From Antedon mediterranea (lineage: Eukaryota > Animalia > Echinodermata): a DNA stretch of 64,000 nucleotides. The stretch covers positions 30,938,001-31,002,000 of the forward strand of contig NC_092674.1 in NCBI RefSeq assembly GCF_964355755.1, written 5' to 3'. The notes under the pieces are model-generated. The model saw nothing but the letters and a program-made list of their open reading frames with translations, did not search any database and was not told the origin of the DNA. The translations under genes were made by a program, and so were the position numbers. This document shows positions 1 to 15,300 of the stretch, piece by piece. Position 1 is the stretch's first letter; every line of letters starts with the position of its first letter.

Positions 1-9
1 TTAACATAA

Positions 10-152
10 AGCTCTGGATACTCTATCAAACTAATTTGAAAAGTGTGATGTGCTCAAATATGGTAGTGATATGCTCAAATATGGTAGTGATATGACATCA
101 TCATGTCCATATATGGGCACAACACATAAAGTTTGATAGTGTAGACAGAGCT
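10..152. mobile_element. MITE family A copy
   Basis: Same TIR (AGCTCTG..ACTATCAAACT / AGTTTGATAGTGTAGACAGAGCT) and internal GTGATGTGC..ATATGG motifs. Confidence 0.85.
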
Positions 153-2162
153 TTAGAGACGGAAATATTGAATACAAATGAATACATAAAGGATGGAGCA
201 TACCTCAAAACAATTTTCATATAATAGTGGTCAATTATCAACTTATTTAGAGAATGCATTAAAAAAAAAAAAATATCGTACTGTATGTCCGAAACAAGGA
301 CAATGATTTGTAAAATGGGCCAGGGGCATCATTTACGAAATAAAAGAAAGAAATCATGTAGCAATATAAAAATTGATTAAAACCTTTATATTTTTATTAT
401 TATTTATGTTTTTATTCTTTCGCAGTTTTATAAAGCTGGCTTCTCTTTTCTTCTGTTTTGTGTATTTTGGTGATGGGTATTTTATCAGAGTTTATTTATT
501 TCATTCCTTGCTTTTAGAATTCATTAACATGTCCTCTGTTGCCATGGAGAAAGGAAATAACACTCAACTATTGTTGCTATGGACACAAGCCCAAATGCGC
601 TATAGTTCATTAAACTATTTGTAGTGCTGTCATTTTAACTATTTGACTTTTAACATTTTTTTATTAATCATTAATCATTTAATTAAGTTTATATGATGTT
701 AATAATAACTAATTATACTTTATATTTTATAAAATTATACAATAAAATCTCATCCACAAGTTTCCGATGTACATTTGCAGACACACAGAAACTACCCAAT
801 GGTATACTGGAAATCAATTTATTAATGAATGGAGAAGTTGAGGAAATCTGTGAATAAATTAATTTAATTGTTAAATAAGCCAACATTTTTTACCACATTC
901 AAAATCTATTTTATTTTTAATCTAATTTTAATGAAGTATTAGATCATTGAACTCAGCCACCTAGCTAGCACATCCTATTTCTCACCTAACCTAATTAATA
1001 TTTTAAGACCATATTATTAGAACGCATGCTATTTAAAGAATCTTATTTTACATAGGATAACCATTATTAAGTAGTTAATATTAGCTTTGTAAATAGTTAC
1101 CTTTAAGACTTTTAAAAGCTTTAGGAAATAAGACTTGTATGCAAGTTTATTCAATTAAGTAACAACTTAGGTGTAAGCATTTACTTAATTTGTTTTCATT
1201 CTTAGTCATACTTGTAAGTAAGTAAGTAGTAAATATATTTCTTGTAGATCTAAAATACAATGACATTTTTTTTCATGATACATTTTCAAAGTTATTATTT
1301 AACATTGGCGTCATCTTTTTTGGATTTTTCATTTTTTTGGCTAAAATCTTTTTTGGCTTTCATTTTTTAATTGTAAATTTATAAATCACAAAAGCAGGAA
1401 AAGTTTAATCCCACAATGCAATGTACTTGTAATTAAGGAAGTCTGATAGATCATTGTGGATATACTGAGCCAAAAAAGAACTGGGATCAACATTTTGTTA
1501 ATCTTCCATCATACAGCTTTGACTTTTTACACAATTTGTAAAGCACTGTTTACAAGATCAAACTTTATGTGACAAAAAAAAAGTGATGTGCCCATATTTG
1601 GACATGATGATGTCATTACTGCATATTATTTAGGCACATCACAATTTTTTGTCAAACTTGTTTGATAGGGTATAGACAGAGCTTAACATTTATTTATTCA
1701 ACAGTGTGTCAAAAACACAGGATCGCCATTACATATAATATGAAATTTGATTTACATTTAGGCATTTCATACGTCTTATCTAACTATCCCAGCATGCATT
1801 TCAATTCTATATATAGCTATTATAATATCAAGGTTGAAGGTATGGATGATAACTATTTTGTCATTAGTTTAAGTTTGTTAACATTAGATGTTGCATGGTT
1901 TTTATAACTAACAATAGCTTTAGTTTAAACATAGGTATATTAACATATTAAATACTGCATGGTGTTTGTACACTACGCCCATTGATATCATAACTATTAA
2001 CAACAGTACTAAAAAGACTATACAAACATTATGAACTCTAGTGTTTGACATACACATAGAGCACATAGTAACCCTATATATTAGTATGACTAGACAACAA
2101 AAACCTTAATTTTGGTATTATCCCTATCTAATCTTAAAGAATGTGAACATTTTAAAACCATA

Positions 2163-2304
2163 AGCTCTGTCATGCTATCAAACTAGATTAGAATAAAGGT
2201 GTGATGTGCCCAAATAGGGTAGTGATGTGCCCAAATATGATAGTGATATGACATCATCATGTCACATTTTTTTTTCACATAAAGTTTGATAGTGTAGACA
2301 AGGC
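2163..2304. mobile_element. MITE family A copy (a second copy lies at 1542-1683 in the same intron)
   Basis: Same TIR and internal palindrome. Confidence 0.8.
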
Positions 2305-2441
2305 TTTAAAGATTTACTGAATAGGAAAGTCATTATATTCATTTTTTTAGCATAAAATATTGTAATACCCAAAAAGAATCCTTTTACTACGTTTGGTATA
2401 AAAACATATTTTTAATAGATTTATATTTATTTTAATCTCAG

Positions 2442-3786
2442 GTGACAAGAATGCAGACGTTGTAAAGGCTGAGAGCTTTAAAAAAGAAGCAAATACTGAA
2501 GCAAAGCAGAAATGGACTCCTCCTCCTCCTCCTTCCACAAGTCCACAATACATAGTAGACCCACATATGATTATCAACAAAAGTAAAGAATTACAGAATG
2601 AAACAAGAAAGCCTGTGACAACAACAACAACAACAAACAGAGAAACACAAAAAGAGAACACCAACCCAGCTGATATGAACAAACAGAAAGAGACTGTTAC
2701 CACATTTAAATTTGACAAAACTGAGAAAACAGAAGCACGCAAACCAGTTATTATTGTTCCGTTAAAAAAAGATGATATACCTCCCAGCAATAACATTTTA
2801 ACCCCATCTGAACTTGTAATACGCAACAGACCCGTGAATAAAACGGAAGAACCGAAGGAAGTCGTACAAATGACCGAGAATAAAATGAGTGATGAAGAAG
2901 AGGATAAACAACCGAGGAAGAGTGTCCGTGATCGCATCTTACTATTTCAGAGTACGGCATCAAGAAACAACAGTAACAACTCAAGTCCGATTGAGGTGAG
3001 GAAAGTTGAGATAGAAGTTGCTGATAAGAATGGAAATAAGGAGATGGTACCTTTCAGAGTGAACTCAAAAGATGAAGACAATGGGAATGCTTCACATAAA
3101 GTAAGAATTTGGAAATATTATATTATAATGTACTGTATCATAACCATTGTCATTTTCATTATTTTTGTTAATGACATTTACAAACATACTTTGTTGTTTT
3201 TTTATTTTTTGAGTGACCTCTTCAGTCAAAGATTGGTCTCCCAGAGGGCCCAGTCATGATCAGTGGCTGTGTGTGTACTAGTACACATGGGTAACCTCAT
3301 ACTCGTCTCAAAAGATGTACTAGGTTCTTTAAAGTGCACATAATTGGATTGGCATTACTACACGACAACAATCAAGATCATCATTGACAATAGTATTATT
3401 ACCATCATGCATTTTTACAAATATTTGTTGATATTTGTCTTGTTTTGTTGCTCCTCCATCAGGTACTATCAAATTCCAATGTTGGTGAATCCTCTGAAAC
3501 CAGTAGCAAAGAACAAGAGAGAAACCAACAGAATAGACGCACCGTCAACAAACTCACATTCAAGCCTAAAACGGACATCTGCATCGTCTGCAACAAAGCT
3601 GTCTACATGAATGAGATGTCAAGGTCAGAGGGCAAGATATTCCACAAAGCATGTCAGAAGTGCGTAGAGTGTACACGTACATTACAGGTCGGCAACGTTT
3701 TACTCGTCGGGAACAAGTTGTACTGTCGTATTCACGGATCGCAAGAAAAGATGAAGTTACTTAAAATGAGATCAGAAGTTGATTAA
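2442..3786 (+). CDS. 3' exons of a protein with a single C-terminal LIM domain and a low-complexity Pro/Thr/Glu/Lys region (5' end lies upstream)
   Basis: Exons 2442-3100 (ag|GT..AAA|gtaaga) and 3463-3786 join in frame. The last exon encodes CIVC-x17-HKAC-QKC-VEC-x17-CRIH, the LIM zinc-ligand pattern. A possible extra phase-compatible exon lies at 781-849 (weak donor gtgaat). Confidence 0.85.
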
Positions 3787-4607
3787 AATGAGATCAGAAG
3801 TTGATTAAAATGAGATCAGAAGTTGATTAAAATGAGATCAAGTTTGGGGAAATAATTAATACAAGAGATTGTTAACTAGAATATGGTTATTTAATTATAC
3901 ATAATAGATGTTAATATAATGACTTTGTATTTTGTTAGTAAACTGGAAAAAGTAGTTTTCAAAATCAAACCATTGGACACAATGTTGGTTGAGCAAAAAC
4001 AATTTTCTTCAAATTAAGGCACACCCCCTCTATAGTTTATGTTGTTGTTCATCAAATGTAATACAGTATTTTGTTTGTGTCTGATATGAAGCAATTCTAG
4101 CTTGCATTATGTTAATAGGTTGTATGAGCACAAATTATATTGTGTTGTAAATAAGTGTAATAGCTTAATTAAACATGGTTTCGGGGTTTTATAGTAAATA
4201 TAGATTGTTTTTTTTCCCATCACACAACCTAAAAACTGTACAATATTGTTCTGTGTGCCTTTCCAATGGTTTAGCATTTACCACAACTATGTAAATATTT
4301 TAAACAACTCTAAAACACAAAATGATATTGCAATGATTTTGTTTTGAATAATTGTTTTCATATTAAAATGGTGCAGAATCGACTCAGTTCAGGATTTGAA
4401 CTCAGGTGTGTGATTATCTCCTGTGTCATGATTTTAAGCTGTTCAAAATATGAGGTTTTAAGTATATTATAACAAAGAAGTTTAGTGGACAAGAGGGAGA
4501 TCAACGTGGTAAAATATAATATAGCTCACTTCCACACAAAAGTATGATGTAGGCTGTATATATTATACAAGGTATATTGCGAGAATATTTGGACTTGGTC
4601 TCAAAGA

Positions 4608-4915
4608 AGTTTAGTCACCAAGACTTAAGAATAATCAGAGCCTATCTTGGAGTTTGTCTCGGAAAAGTAGAGCATGTCTCGGAAGTCACCAAGACTTAAG
4701 AATAATCAGAGCCTATCTCAGAGTCTGTCTAAAAAAAGTAGAGCAAGTCTTGGAAGTCACCAAGACTTAAGAATAATTGGAGCCTATCCGAGTCTGTCTC
4801 AGAGTCTGTCTAAAAAAAGTAGAGCAAATCTTGGAAGTCACCAAGACTTAATAATTGGAGCCTATCTCAGAGTCTGTCTCGGAAAAGTAGAGCAAGTCTT
4901 GGAATTCACCAAGAT
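4608..4915. repeat. Minisatellite, about 69-bp unit, about 4 degenerate copies
   Basis: Repeated GGAAGTCACCAAGACTTAAGAATAAT..GAGCCTATCTCAGAGTCTGTCT..AAAAGTAGAGCA. Confidence 0.85.
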
Positions 4916-5589
4916 AAGTGCCTTGCCATTAACAAAATAGAATATTGACAAGTGCCTTGCCATGACAGTACCAAAGGCGATCTATTTTCTTTAGATTGTA
5001 CAATTATAATACTTTCTATACAAATATTTTCGGAATAAATGATTTACTCTCTTATATTTAAATTTAAAGTTGGAATTTAATGAATGTGTGTGAATTTATA
5101 CATTTAATACATTTTTATTGGTAAAATGTGTTGATAATGTTTGTTGCGTTTATAATGTTATTTTGCATTTATAATGTTATTTTGCATTTATAATGTTATT
5201 TTGGTATCCTTTTATACTATGGCAATAACACAATAATAGGTTGGCCTAAATAGCTTTAGTATACCATATTTTTAGTATTGCAATTTTATAAAGTGAATCT
5301 AATTTACAGTTTTTATCTAAAAATGTTTATTCTAATGTAAATTTTCCTATACTTGTATATTTTGCTAATTGTCTGTTTATTCTTAATATATATAATAAAA
5401 CAATATACATATAAATTATTGTTATTGATTTTTTTGGATAGATTACTGGTTTTCTTGAAGCTGTTTTCTACGGTTAATCTATTTCTGTAATGTTTCCATG
5501 ATTTGTAGTCATATCATCATCAAAATTATAATTATCAAAGTTTTCATATTGACATTCAGCATGATAACCATCAGGATCATATTCTTTGT

Positions 5590-5890
5590 TGTCATCATTA
5601 TCAATGTTGACATCATTGATAAAGTCATTGTCAATGATATCATCATTTTATTATCAATGATGTCATCATTTCATTATCAATGATGTCATCATTATCAATG
5701 GTGACATCATTGATAATGTCATTATCAATGATATCACCATTTTATTATCAATGATGTCATCATTTCATTATCAATGATATCACCATTTCATTATCAATGA
5801 TGTCGTCATTTCATTATCAATGATGTCATCATTATCAATGATATCATTTCATTATCAATGATGTCATTATTGATAATGATGTCATCATGC
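5590..5890. repeat. Low-complexity repeat (ATTATCAATGATGTCATC variants)
   Basis: Direct inspection. Confidence 0.85.
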
Positions 5891-6511
5891 TACTGCTATG
5901 TTCTGCTGCATTTATCATCACTGCTGATGGTTTTCCAAGATGTGTACAGTGGTACGTTTTAGTACAATTTATGCATATGTTCCTTTTGTTCACAAGATAT
6001 ATCTTTACTGATGGAAGCACATTGGTACTATATCATTATAGTAATATTAAATCAATATACAGTCTTTTACTGATAAGTAATGGGGTAGCTTCATATAATA
6101 TTGTAGAATTTGTAAATTATTTTTGAATAAAAAGTTTAATATATTATTAAAGTCTTATCTGTTTATTATTTGTTCAATTTTTGGCTCGGAAAGTTGGACC
6201 AAAAACAAAATTACCTTTGTGGCGCAAAATAACGTTTTTGAGCCTGATATGTGCAACCAAAAAAATATCAAATGAATCAATCAAGCGAGAAGTACTTTCA
6301 TCACCACAGAAATATCATTTTATAATTACATTTTCTAACTACTATTCATAAATAAAAGATTGCAAAATGTTTTAAATCAATATTTTAATCAATAAATCTA
6401 CAATACACACATTAAACATGCCTTATGAATATTCATAACTCATAATAATAATTCATAAGATAAAATTGAACTACTGTATATAGTGAAAATGAAAACAGCA
6501 GTAGAAAAATA

Positions 6512-7320
6512 ATACATTATGTGCAACATACTGTATACAACATACATTATGTGCAACAAGATATAGTATGTGGTTCACACATACAGACAGCATAGAGGTA
6601 TTTACTATTATGGACATTGCAATAACATAACATTAAGTACAACAACAGTATGTGCTTCAAACATACAGGACTGTATGTGCAACATACTGTATACAACATA
6701 CATTATTTGCAACATACTGTATACAACATGTATGTGCAACATACTGTATACAACATACAGTATGTGCAACATACTGTATACAACATACAGTATATACAAC
6801 ATCATACAGTATGTGCAACATACTGTATACAACATACAGTATATACAACATACTGTATACAACATACAGTATGTGCAACATACTGTATACAACATACAGT
6901 ATGTGCAACATACTGTATACAACATACAGTATATACAACATACTGTATACAACATACTGTATACAACATGTATGTGTAACATACTGTATACAACATACAG
7001 TATGTGCAACATACTGTATACAACATACAGTATATACAACATACTGTATACAACATACAGTATGTGCAACATACTGTATACAACATACTGTATACAACAT
7101 ACAGTATGTGCAACATACTGTATACAACATACAGTATGTGCAACATACTGTATACAACATACAGTATATACAACATACTGTATACAACATACAGTATGTG
7201 CAACATACTGTATACAACATACAGTATATACAACATACTGTATACAACATACAGTATGTGCAACATACTGTATACAACATACAGTATATACAACATACTG
7301 TATACAACATACTGTATGTA
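6512..7320. repeat. 30-bp satellite built from 15-bp subunits
   Basis: Unit CAACATACTGTATA-CAACATACAGTAT(G/A)T(G/A). It produces repetitive ORFs in all six frames. Confidence 0.95.
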
Positions 7321-9364
7321 CATAATAGAATATGCGTAAAATAAAAGCTATATAATTGGAATGTTGAGTTTTCAAATATACACGTATATGATCAAGGTAT
7401 ATAGTATCTGATAGTACTTCAATATAGTTTTTAATTCAAAGTGAACACAATATATTATTACAATAGATAAATATATTCCAACACAAAGCATTAAATAATA
7501 AACCTTGTCAATTAAATTTAAAACATTTTTTTTTCAATCAAGGTGGTTAAGAGATACTATTATTGTCAACATGATTATCAATACAGTATATCATATGTTT
7601 GGTTTAGTGCTTTAAAATGTCCATATGACATCATATGTCATAGGTCATGGCCAAATCAAATACTCCATATTAGTTCATTCAAGATTAGTCTATGGAATCA
7701 AGGGTTTATTACATCAAATGCACTGTTGTAGTGGACACCTACATGTTAAATCCTATTCTTAACTAATATACATTACTGTACTTGCAAATTCAAATGGTAT
7801 CGAACCACAGAACTGCCAAACATAAACCCAGTTCCTACCACTGTGCCATTTATTCCTTATTTGACATGAATGCATTGAAATGTACGATTTGCATTACACA
7901 AATCTACATTTAAAACAACACTACGAATTCAAACAATTGTATATCGCAACAAAAATATAAATGTTGAATTTTGTATGAAAATACTTTATGATATCCTTAA
8001 GCTACTTTTATTTGGTCACCAAATATTTTTACAAGGTACAGTAAATATAGCATTATATCTGTTGTGTAATTATGTAGAACCTTTTAATTTCTTTAATGAA
8101 CATGCATTACTATCAAGGCAACCTAACAACCTGCCATGCTGCTTCTATATTTTTATTTTTTATTTTATTGATAGCTCCTTGTAGAGACAGGTCAAATACA
8201 TTGCAAAAGATGATATACCAAATCCTGTTCCCTTTCCCTGACCCTTTGGTCATTCAACCTCTCTCTCACCATCTGAAACTCAAAGTCTACCTTATGTAAT
8301 GTTTTCTATAAATGTAACTGTATTCAAGAAAATGTCACCAAGACCACATTTAATACAAACGTCACCAAAAGCATTACATTTGAAATGCATAATTACATTA
8401 CCCAATCAGAATTGCTCTTACAGAGGGTTTAGGCAGAGTGATGATATTGATTGTGGAGCTTAGTAAACATAGCACTGTCTATTCTTGAATATACAGCTGC
8501 GAAACACAGTATAATATTCCAGTAACGAGGTCAGCGGTTTATTTCGATTTTATAATTTCCTTTTTTACATTCTAGACATTAATTTGTTTGGATAATGCAA
8601 GAGTATTGATTTTGGATTCATAATTTGAAACATTATAATGATGCTATCCATTATCTATAGCACAGATAAAACACTTTTGTTTTTAAAAACATGTATGTGT
8701 GCATCTGGAATGTACATTTATAATTAAGTAACATTAATGTCCTTTATATTAACCTAGTTTATAATATTATTTTTCTGTCAATGTTCTCTCTCTTATATTT
8801 GGTGATTTATGATTTAATATTTAAATTTCAGCTTTACTTCACTCAAACAGGCTAAATCTTTTTCGTCACAATAACAATGATTGCCGTTTTGAAGCAACAG
8901 TTCTGCAATCTTTGTACAGCTGCAATACTCTTTTGCGATTTGCGTGAATTCATAATCAGGTATAGCAAACCAGGTAGATATTATCAAACAGTTTTGTGGG
9001 TTTTGCACATTAAGCGATGTGTCACTTGAGCTCACGGTCCTGGATCTGCCTTTTATTGATCAAGCAAAAACCATTTAACATTTTTGTTGTATTTATAGAT
9101 GGCTGATTTATGGTTTTTCTAATGATATTTCTCTAATATCCTATTGTTTAACTATGTGAAAATGCAATGTAGTGCAGTGCGTGTTTCTTGACAATGAACT
9201 GTTGATTGGCGCTGTACGGGTCCTAGGGTCAGCAACGTATACTGGCTTCTAAACACAATACAATTATTGCCTAGCACCATTAAGATTTGGTGTAACATTC
9301 GGGGAACCTCTGGAGTCCATCATGCTGTGTTGCGTGCTTTCCTAAACAACATTGCCTAGCACCG

Positions 9365-12300
9365 TTAGGATTTGGTGTAACATTCGGGGCATTTCTGGAG
9401 CCCGTTATCGTCGCATTGCGTGCAACGTAATGTTCTAAACTGATCTGTGAAACCGTTTCTGTGGGTGGATTTCTTGCTACCGTTACAAACAACACAGTTT
9501 ATATATTTACGATCTCCACAACGCTGGCACATGTCAAAGTTTTGCCGTTTCTGAAAGAGAAAATTAATATTCTATTAGTTCAAAGTTGTAGATTCTGAGA
9601 AACATATTTTTAGCACAGGTATTAATACTACTGTATGAGATCAATTAGGATCTAGTTAGAGTCCAATTGTAGTTATTTATTTCAAGTATACCAACCAGAA
9701 ACATACATGTGAACAGAATGAATGCATCAATTTGAACCATGGATCAAGTTCAACAGATTGGTAGACTATGACACTGTCATTATTTCCGTCTAGGAGTTTT
9801 TATCTTCATTTTTTAGGAATGTTTTTTGTATAATTTTTATTATCTGAATACATTTATAACCCTGTTATGTCATTTAAACGTTTCCATATAAAATAACACT
9901 ATAATTCACATTATTATGGGTGTGGCCTGTTTAGAGATAATAAATATATTCACAGGGTCTTTGAGAACAATCATATCTACTAAACACTTAACCCCTCTTT
10001 GTAGTGCACTGTAAATATTAACATTATAACATCAGTTTAATAGTGTTTGTGTGAGGGCGGACATATTAGAGCAGCCCAATGATATCCGTTATTGGGAAGG
10101 TTCTTTGACTGTACTATAAAAATGAGTTAAATTATTATTATATTTTCCTTTTACAGTGGTGTTACAGCTATGTGAGCGCTCACTGGCTAAATTAAGGGGT
10201 CCCACAGCATGAGCAGTCCAAATACAGTAACAGCGCTGTACCCTGTGATTTTTTATTATTTATAAAAGACGAAATAAATGAAATGAAAGTATTGTACCCA
10301 GTGTTAAACCAAGGGCCTTTGCCATTCTGCGTTTACTCCACTGTCTTATACTGTATATAGTACTGCAGTACTACTGTACAGTATTATTAACAGTGCTAAA
10401 CAAACGTAAAGCAATTATATTGATTTAGTTATTATTCAAATAAATCAATCAGTGGGATATTTATATACCTCATATACGAATGGTCTTTACACGCATGATT
10501 GATAAAATATAAAAACTAATAACAAAATCTTACACTATAAACAAAGCATAATTGGCCATTGACTTAAGCGCCCTTCCTCATCATCAAAGAGTACCCACAC
10601 CCACAGTACACAAGGTGTGGTCAGTTTAACCTCAGGTCAGTTTATTCTGAATGTAAGTTACAAATACATGTGCTTTTTTTTTATTTTTAAAAACTCTATT
10701 TTTCTCAATTTCATTTTAAAAATTTTATTTTCCTACATACAGTAGGCAAGGTAGGTAGTTAGACAAAATAAAAAATTAATGTTATTTGCCTACAGTACAG
10801 TAGAGTACAGTACAGTAGAGTACAGTAGAGTAGAGTACAGTAGAGTACAGTACAGTAGAGTACAGTACAGTAGAGTACAGTACAGTACAGTACAGTACAG
10901 TAGAGTACAGTAGAGTTCAGTAGAGTACAGTAGAGTACAGTAGAGTTCAGTACAGTACAGTAGAGTACAGTACAGTACAGTACAGTACAGTGCAGTACAG
11001 TAGAGTACAGTACAGTACAGTAGAGTACAGTGCAGTACAGTAGAGTACAGTACAGTACAGTACAGTGCAGTACAGTACAGTAGAGTACAGTACAGTAGAG
11101 TACAGTACAGTAGAGTACAGTACAGTAGAGTACAGTAGAGTACAGTAGAGTACAGTACAGTAGAGTACAGTAGAGTACAGTACAGTAGAGTACAGTACTA
11201 TTGTTATATTTATTATTACAGTATTTGAAATAAAAACAAATTGTTATGTTATGAGACTAGGTACAGTAAAAGGTAAGGTAAATTTCCTGGAGGCCTGATT
11301 AAATATTTACAATATTTTGATGGACATTTATGTCTAATTTAAAATGTAGATTAATACCAATTTGATTAATTTTTATCAATATACTGAGTAATCTCTGTGC
11401 ATAAATGTTTATTCATGATTGCTTATTTCATAATTATTTCACTTATGAATGATAAAGGAAACAATAGAAGCTATATACTGTATCATCAATAAACTTAATT
11501 TATTATTTATTTGTGAACTCAGAATAGACAGGTTATACAATAGAGATCATACTTAAATCAGAGACCTTCCTGTATACTGTACAGTAGGTTCATGCTTAAG
11601 TATCATGGGTCTGTTTCTGTAGCATTTTGCACAGAATAACTCTTGATTTTATTTCTATAGCAGCATTTCTGTAAATTTAAGTTTGTCCTCCCAAAATTGT
11701 AAGCATTTTAGTATACTGTAACTTATTATACATACAGTATATATAGTGTTATTTACCACAATTATGTTTTGCGAGAGCCCAAATTGATAAGATACTAACA
11801 TACGCATTTCCAAGTTAGAAAACAACAGCAGCATTGCAAAGCAAAAAGATAGGACATTGTACAGTAGTAGGTTATATCAGTTATCATTGTACGATTTTTA
11901 TGTCCACCCCTCTCCTACTATATTTTATAAAATGGTCTACACTATCAAACTTCATGTGACAACAAATATGATGTGCCTGTATTGACATGATGATGTCATG
12001 TATCACTACTATATTTAAGCATATTACTACCATATTTGGGCACATCACACTTAGACAGCTTAAGAGGTGTACACTATTAAACCACTGTATTGTCTCTAAG
12101 ATATTTTATACCTGAGTAAGTCTGCATAAAAGGTAAGTTTTTAATCAACCTTGAGTTTCAGTGTTTAATGGTTGTCTTTTTGCTTTTCATTTTCTTTACT
12201 CATTTGCCTCTCAAGATCCATTATCATTATGCCTCTCGTCTTTGTTTCCATGGTGATGGATGTAACGTCAAATTAAGTTGGCAATTTTAGATAAATGTCT

Positions 12301-15300
12301 GTAGATTCAGCCTTTATGTTTTAGTCTCAGTGTTATTATAAATTGACACAGTAAAAAAAGGGCTAGCGTATAACTTACCTCAAATCGCAAAAGAATATCA
12401 GACAGTTCCCCGGATTCATTTAATTCTTCTAATTGTTGAATATTCTATAAAAAAAAAGAAGAAAAAACATAAAATAAAGAAAAAGAAAATGAAAGAATTT
12501 ACAATTCTTTTGGTAAATGTGTTAAAAGCATCATTGTATTGCTGTGGTTTTGAAATATTGTAAATGTGATCAAATGGCCATTTTCCACTTCAGAAGCTTT
12601 CAAATGATACAGTACTTGTAATTATTGCAGTGATAATAAATACAAAATATATTCTATAATTAGTTAGACTTTAGTGCTGATCAAAAATGAATAATAAAAT
12701 TCATTTCCTCCAAAATACATACAATTATATTACAAAATAAATTTGTCACAACAACATACAGGACAGAGAACTGAGGAACAATTTTACTGTCCTTAATTAA
12801 ATTATTCGTTGATATCAGTGATGTAGAAAAAAGTAGGCCTAGTGACATACAGCAATGAACCAATATGAATGCAACAACCAGCTGACACTCAATTACCATA
12901 GAAACAATGCAATGAATGAAACCGGGCCTTATGATGCTGTAATACACCATGATGTAAAATGACACAAAATGTAAATAATATACGGACCTTCAGTGACATT
13001 TATCAATGTATATCAATATGTAAAACACATACAGTATAAAATGTCATTATTAGAAAATAAACGTTGAAAGGGAACATTATGATGTAACTGTAATAATGAC
13101 ACAAAATGTGAATAATATATGGACCTTACAGCGACATTTATCAATACTGTACAGGTATTAAAAATACTTTCAAGTACTGTACAGTACTGTACATACAAAA
13201 TGTCAGTAAATACAGTAAACACTCAAAAGTATAATGACACAAAACGAAACATATTCATGTGAGAGAGACAGAGACATTTTTAACATCTTCATGACAATGA
13301 CATAGTTACTGTAATGTTGAAATAATCAATCCTAACTCAATGTTGTATGACTATGGTGTACCTGTCAGTTCCTGTTAAATAGATCTATTCTCTAGCTACA
13401 TGCATTTACAATGGGAACGTATGTGTATATTGGTCTCATTGTGAGCAACAAAACCTTTATGTAATATACTTCTGTACACACCCTAATAAAATAGTAAAGA
13501 TAGAAACATGACTTCATTTAACAGGTATTTGATGCATTTTACAACAGTCAATTTAAGATGACTCATTCTGAATGATATTCAACAGTCAATATTGTATTGT
13601 TTTTTTAAGTAACCTGTTTATTGATTAAATTAATTAGTTAAAACCTTTCATACTGTAGGTAAATAATGTACTTGTACTACAGTATATTAATGTTGGGTAA
13701 AACGTTGCCTGTGCGGGACTAGGTTTTGCCCTATTGATGTTCACTACTTAACATATTCGATTGGTAGAATAATGTAAATAATAACATTATAAACATTCTT
13801 TGAGGTAGGCCTACACATCTATCCCTAAATTGACATACAGTATTACAGTACTATACTCAATATTCAGCTTACAGTATTCCAGTACAATACTAGTGCTGGT
13901 ACAGAATGTACATTTCCTGTGGTACAAATAAGCCCATCTCTCAATTTGGTCCTTAGTATAAGCCCACCTAAATTGCAATTTCATTTACCAGGACTAATAC
14001 TAGACAGTGTCAAACGTTTTTCTTTTCAATTTGTTTTTTCTCAGTCAGAGACCCGTAACAAATAAACTTTTTCTATTTTTATCTTCATGTACTGTACCAT
14101 CCTGTACCGGACATAAAACATGTTTTTAGAATAAAAATAATAATGAATGGTAGAAGGAAGTGAAACTAAATTTTAAAAAGACAATAAATAATTCAACCAA
14201 TTTAAAAATAAATTATCTGTTTTCAAACTAGGAACTAAAAGTAAAAAAAAATTTGCTGTAAAAGGACATTAGCTAATTCAGCTTCTCCTTCAGACATCTT
14301 AAAACAATGCGATGTGTCTTCTTGATGGCCTACAGTACAGTATATAACACATTTGAGTACTATTGCATGTCATGTGATCCACATTCGTCCAATCAAATGA
14401 CAGGAATTTATTTAGGTATTATATAATACTGTATATAACACATTTTGAGTACTATTGCATGCCATGTGATCCACATTCGTCCAATCAAATGACAGGAATT
14501 TATTTAGGTATTATATAATACTATATAGTTTGAGTACTATGGCGATTTCATCCTCCAAAATTCATAAATTATCTCATTTTCAGGTTGCTAGCTGATCTTA
14601 AATTCAATATAACATGAATAAAGGCTACATTCTGTAACACCTGCTAGAAAGGATATCAGTTCCTGTTCTAGTATATCACTAATTATTGTGTGAACCCATC
14701 ATTAACAAAAAACTTTAACACTTTGACTGCCAGAGGTTTTTCCAGTTAGAAACTGCCACCGCCAGCGTTTATAGCCCAATTCGATGTTTTTATCAAAGCT
14801 GATTGAAACTATGTATGTGATCTGATTTACATGTAATTTAGACTAAAATAATCAACAAGATTTTAGCTTTACAATGGTACCAAGAACGATTTTCAAATCG
14901 CAATATGTAAATCGTAATAGTAAAATGAAAGTAACCCACTTTTTGAGTTTTTCGTAGTTTTGCGCACGAAAGTCGAGATACAGATACGCGATTTTGTGCA
15001 AGACATCACAATATGAAAATATCGCCCGGTGAGATCAACAAACAACGAAAAATTACTTACACAGCACCGGTAGGCCTATAAAAACAAGTTATCACTATCG
15101 AAAAATATATTATATTTTATAAATCATAAATCTTACACCAATGTTTCGCCAAAATCCACATAGTAAAGACACCAGGCCTAGTTAACTAGGCCTAAAGTTG
15201 GTCCAGAACCGTTTTACGACTAGGCCTACTAGGCTATAGCCTAGTACTACTAGCCTAGCTAGTAAAATGATGATAATATTCATACCATTTCTAAACAAGT

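Noticed and set aside
2347-2937. 196-aa hydrophobic minus-strand ORF
   Set aside because: It is the antisense shadow of the A-rich LIM-gene exon.
6570-7375. Long ORFs in all six frames (up to 255 aa)
   Set aside because: They are artefacts of a stop-poor 15/30-bp satellite.
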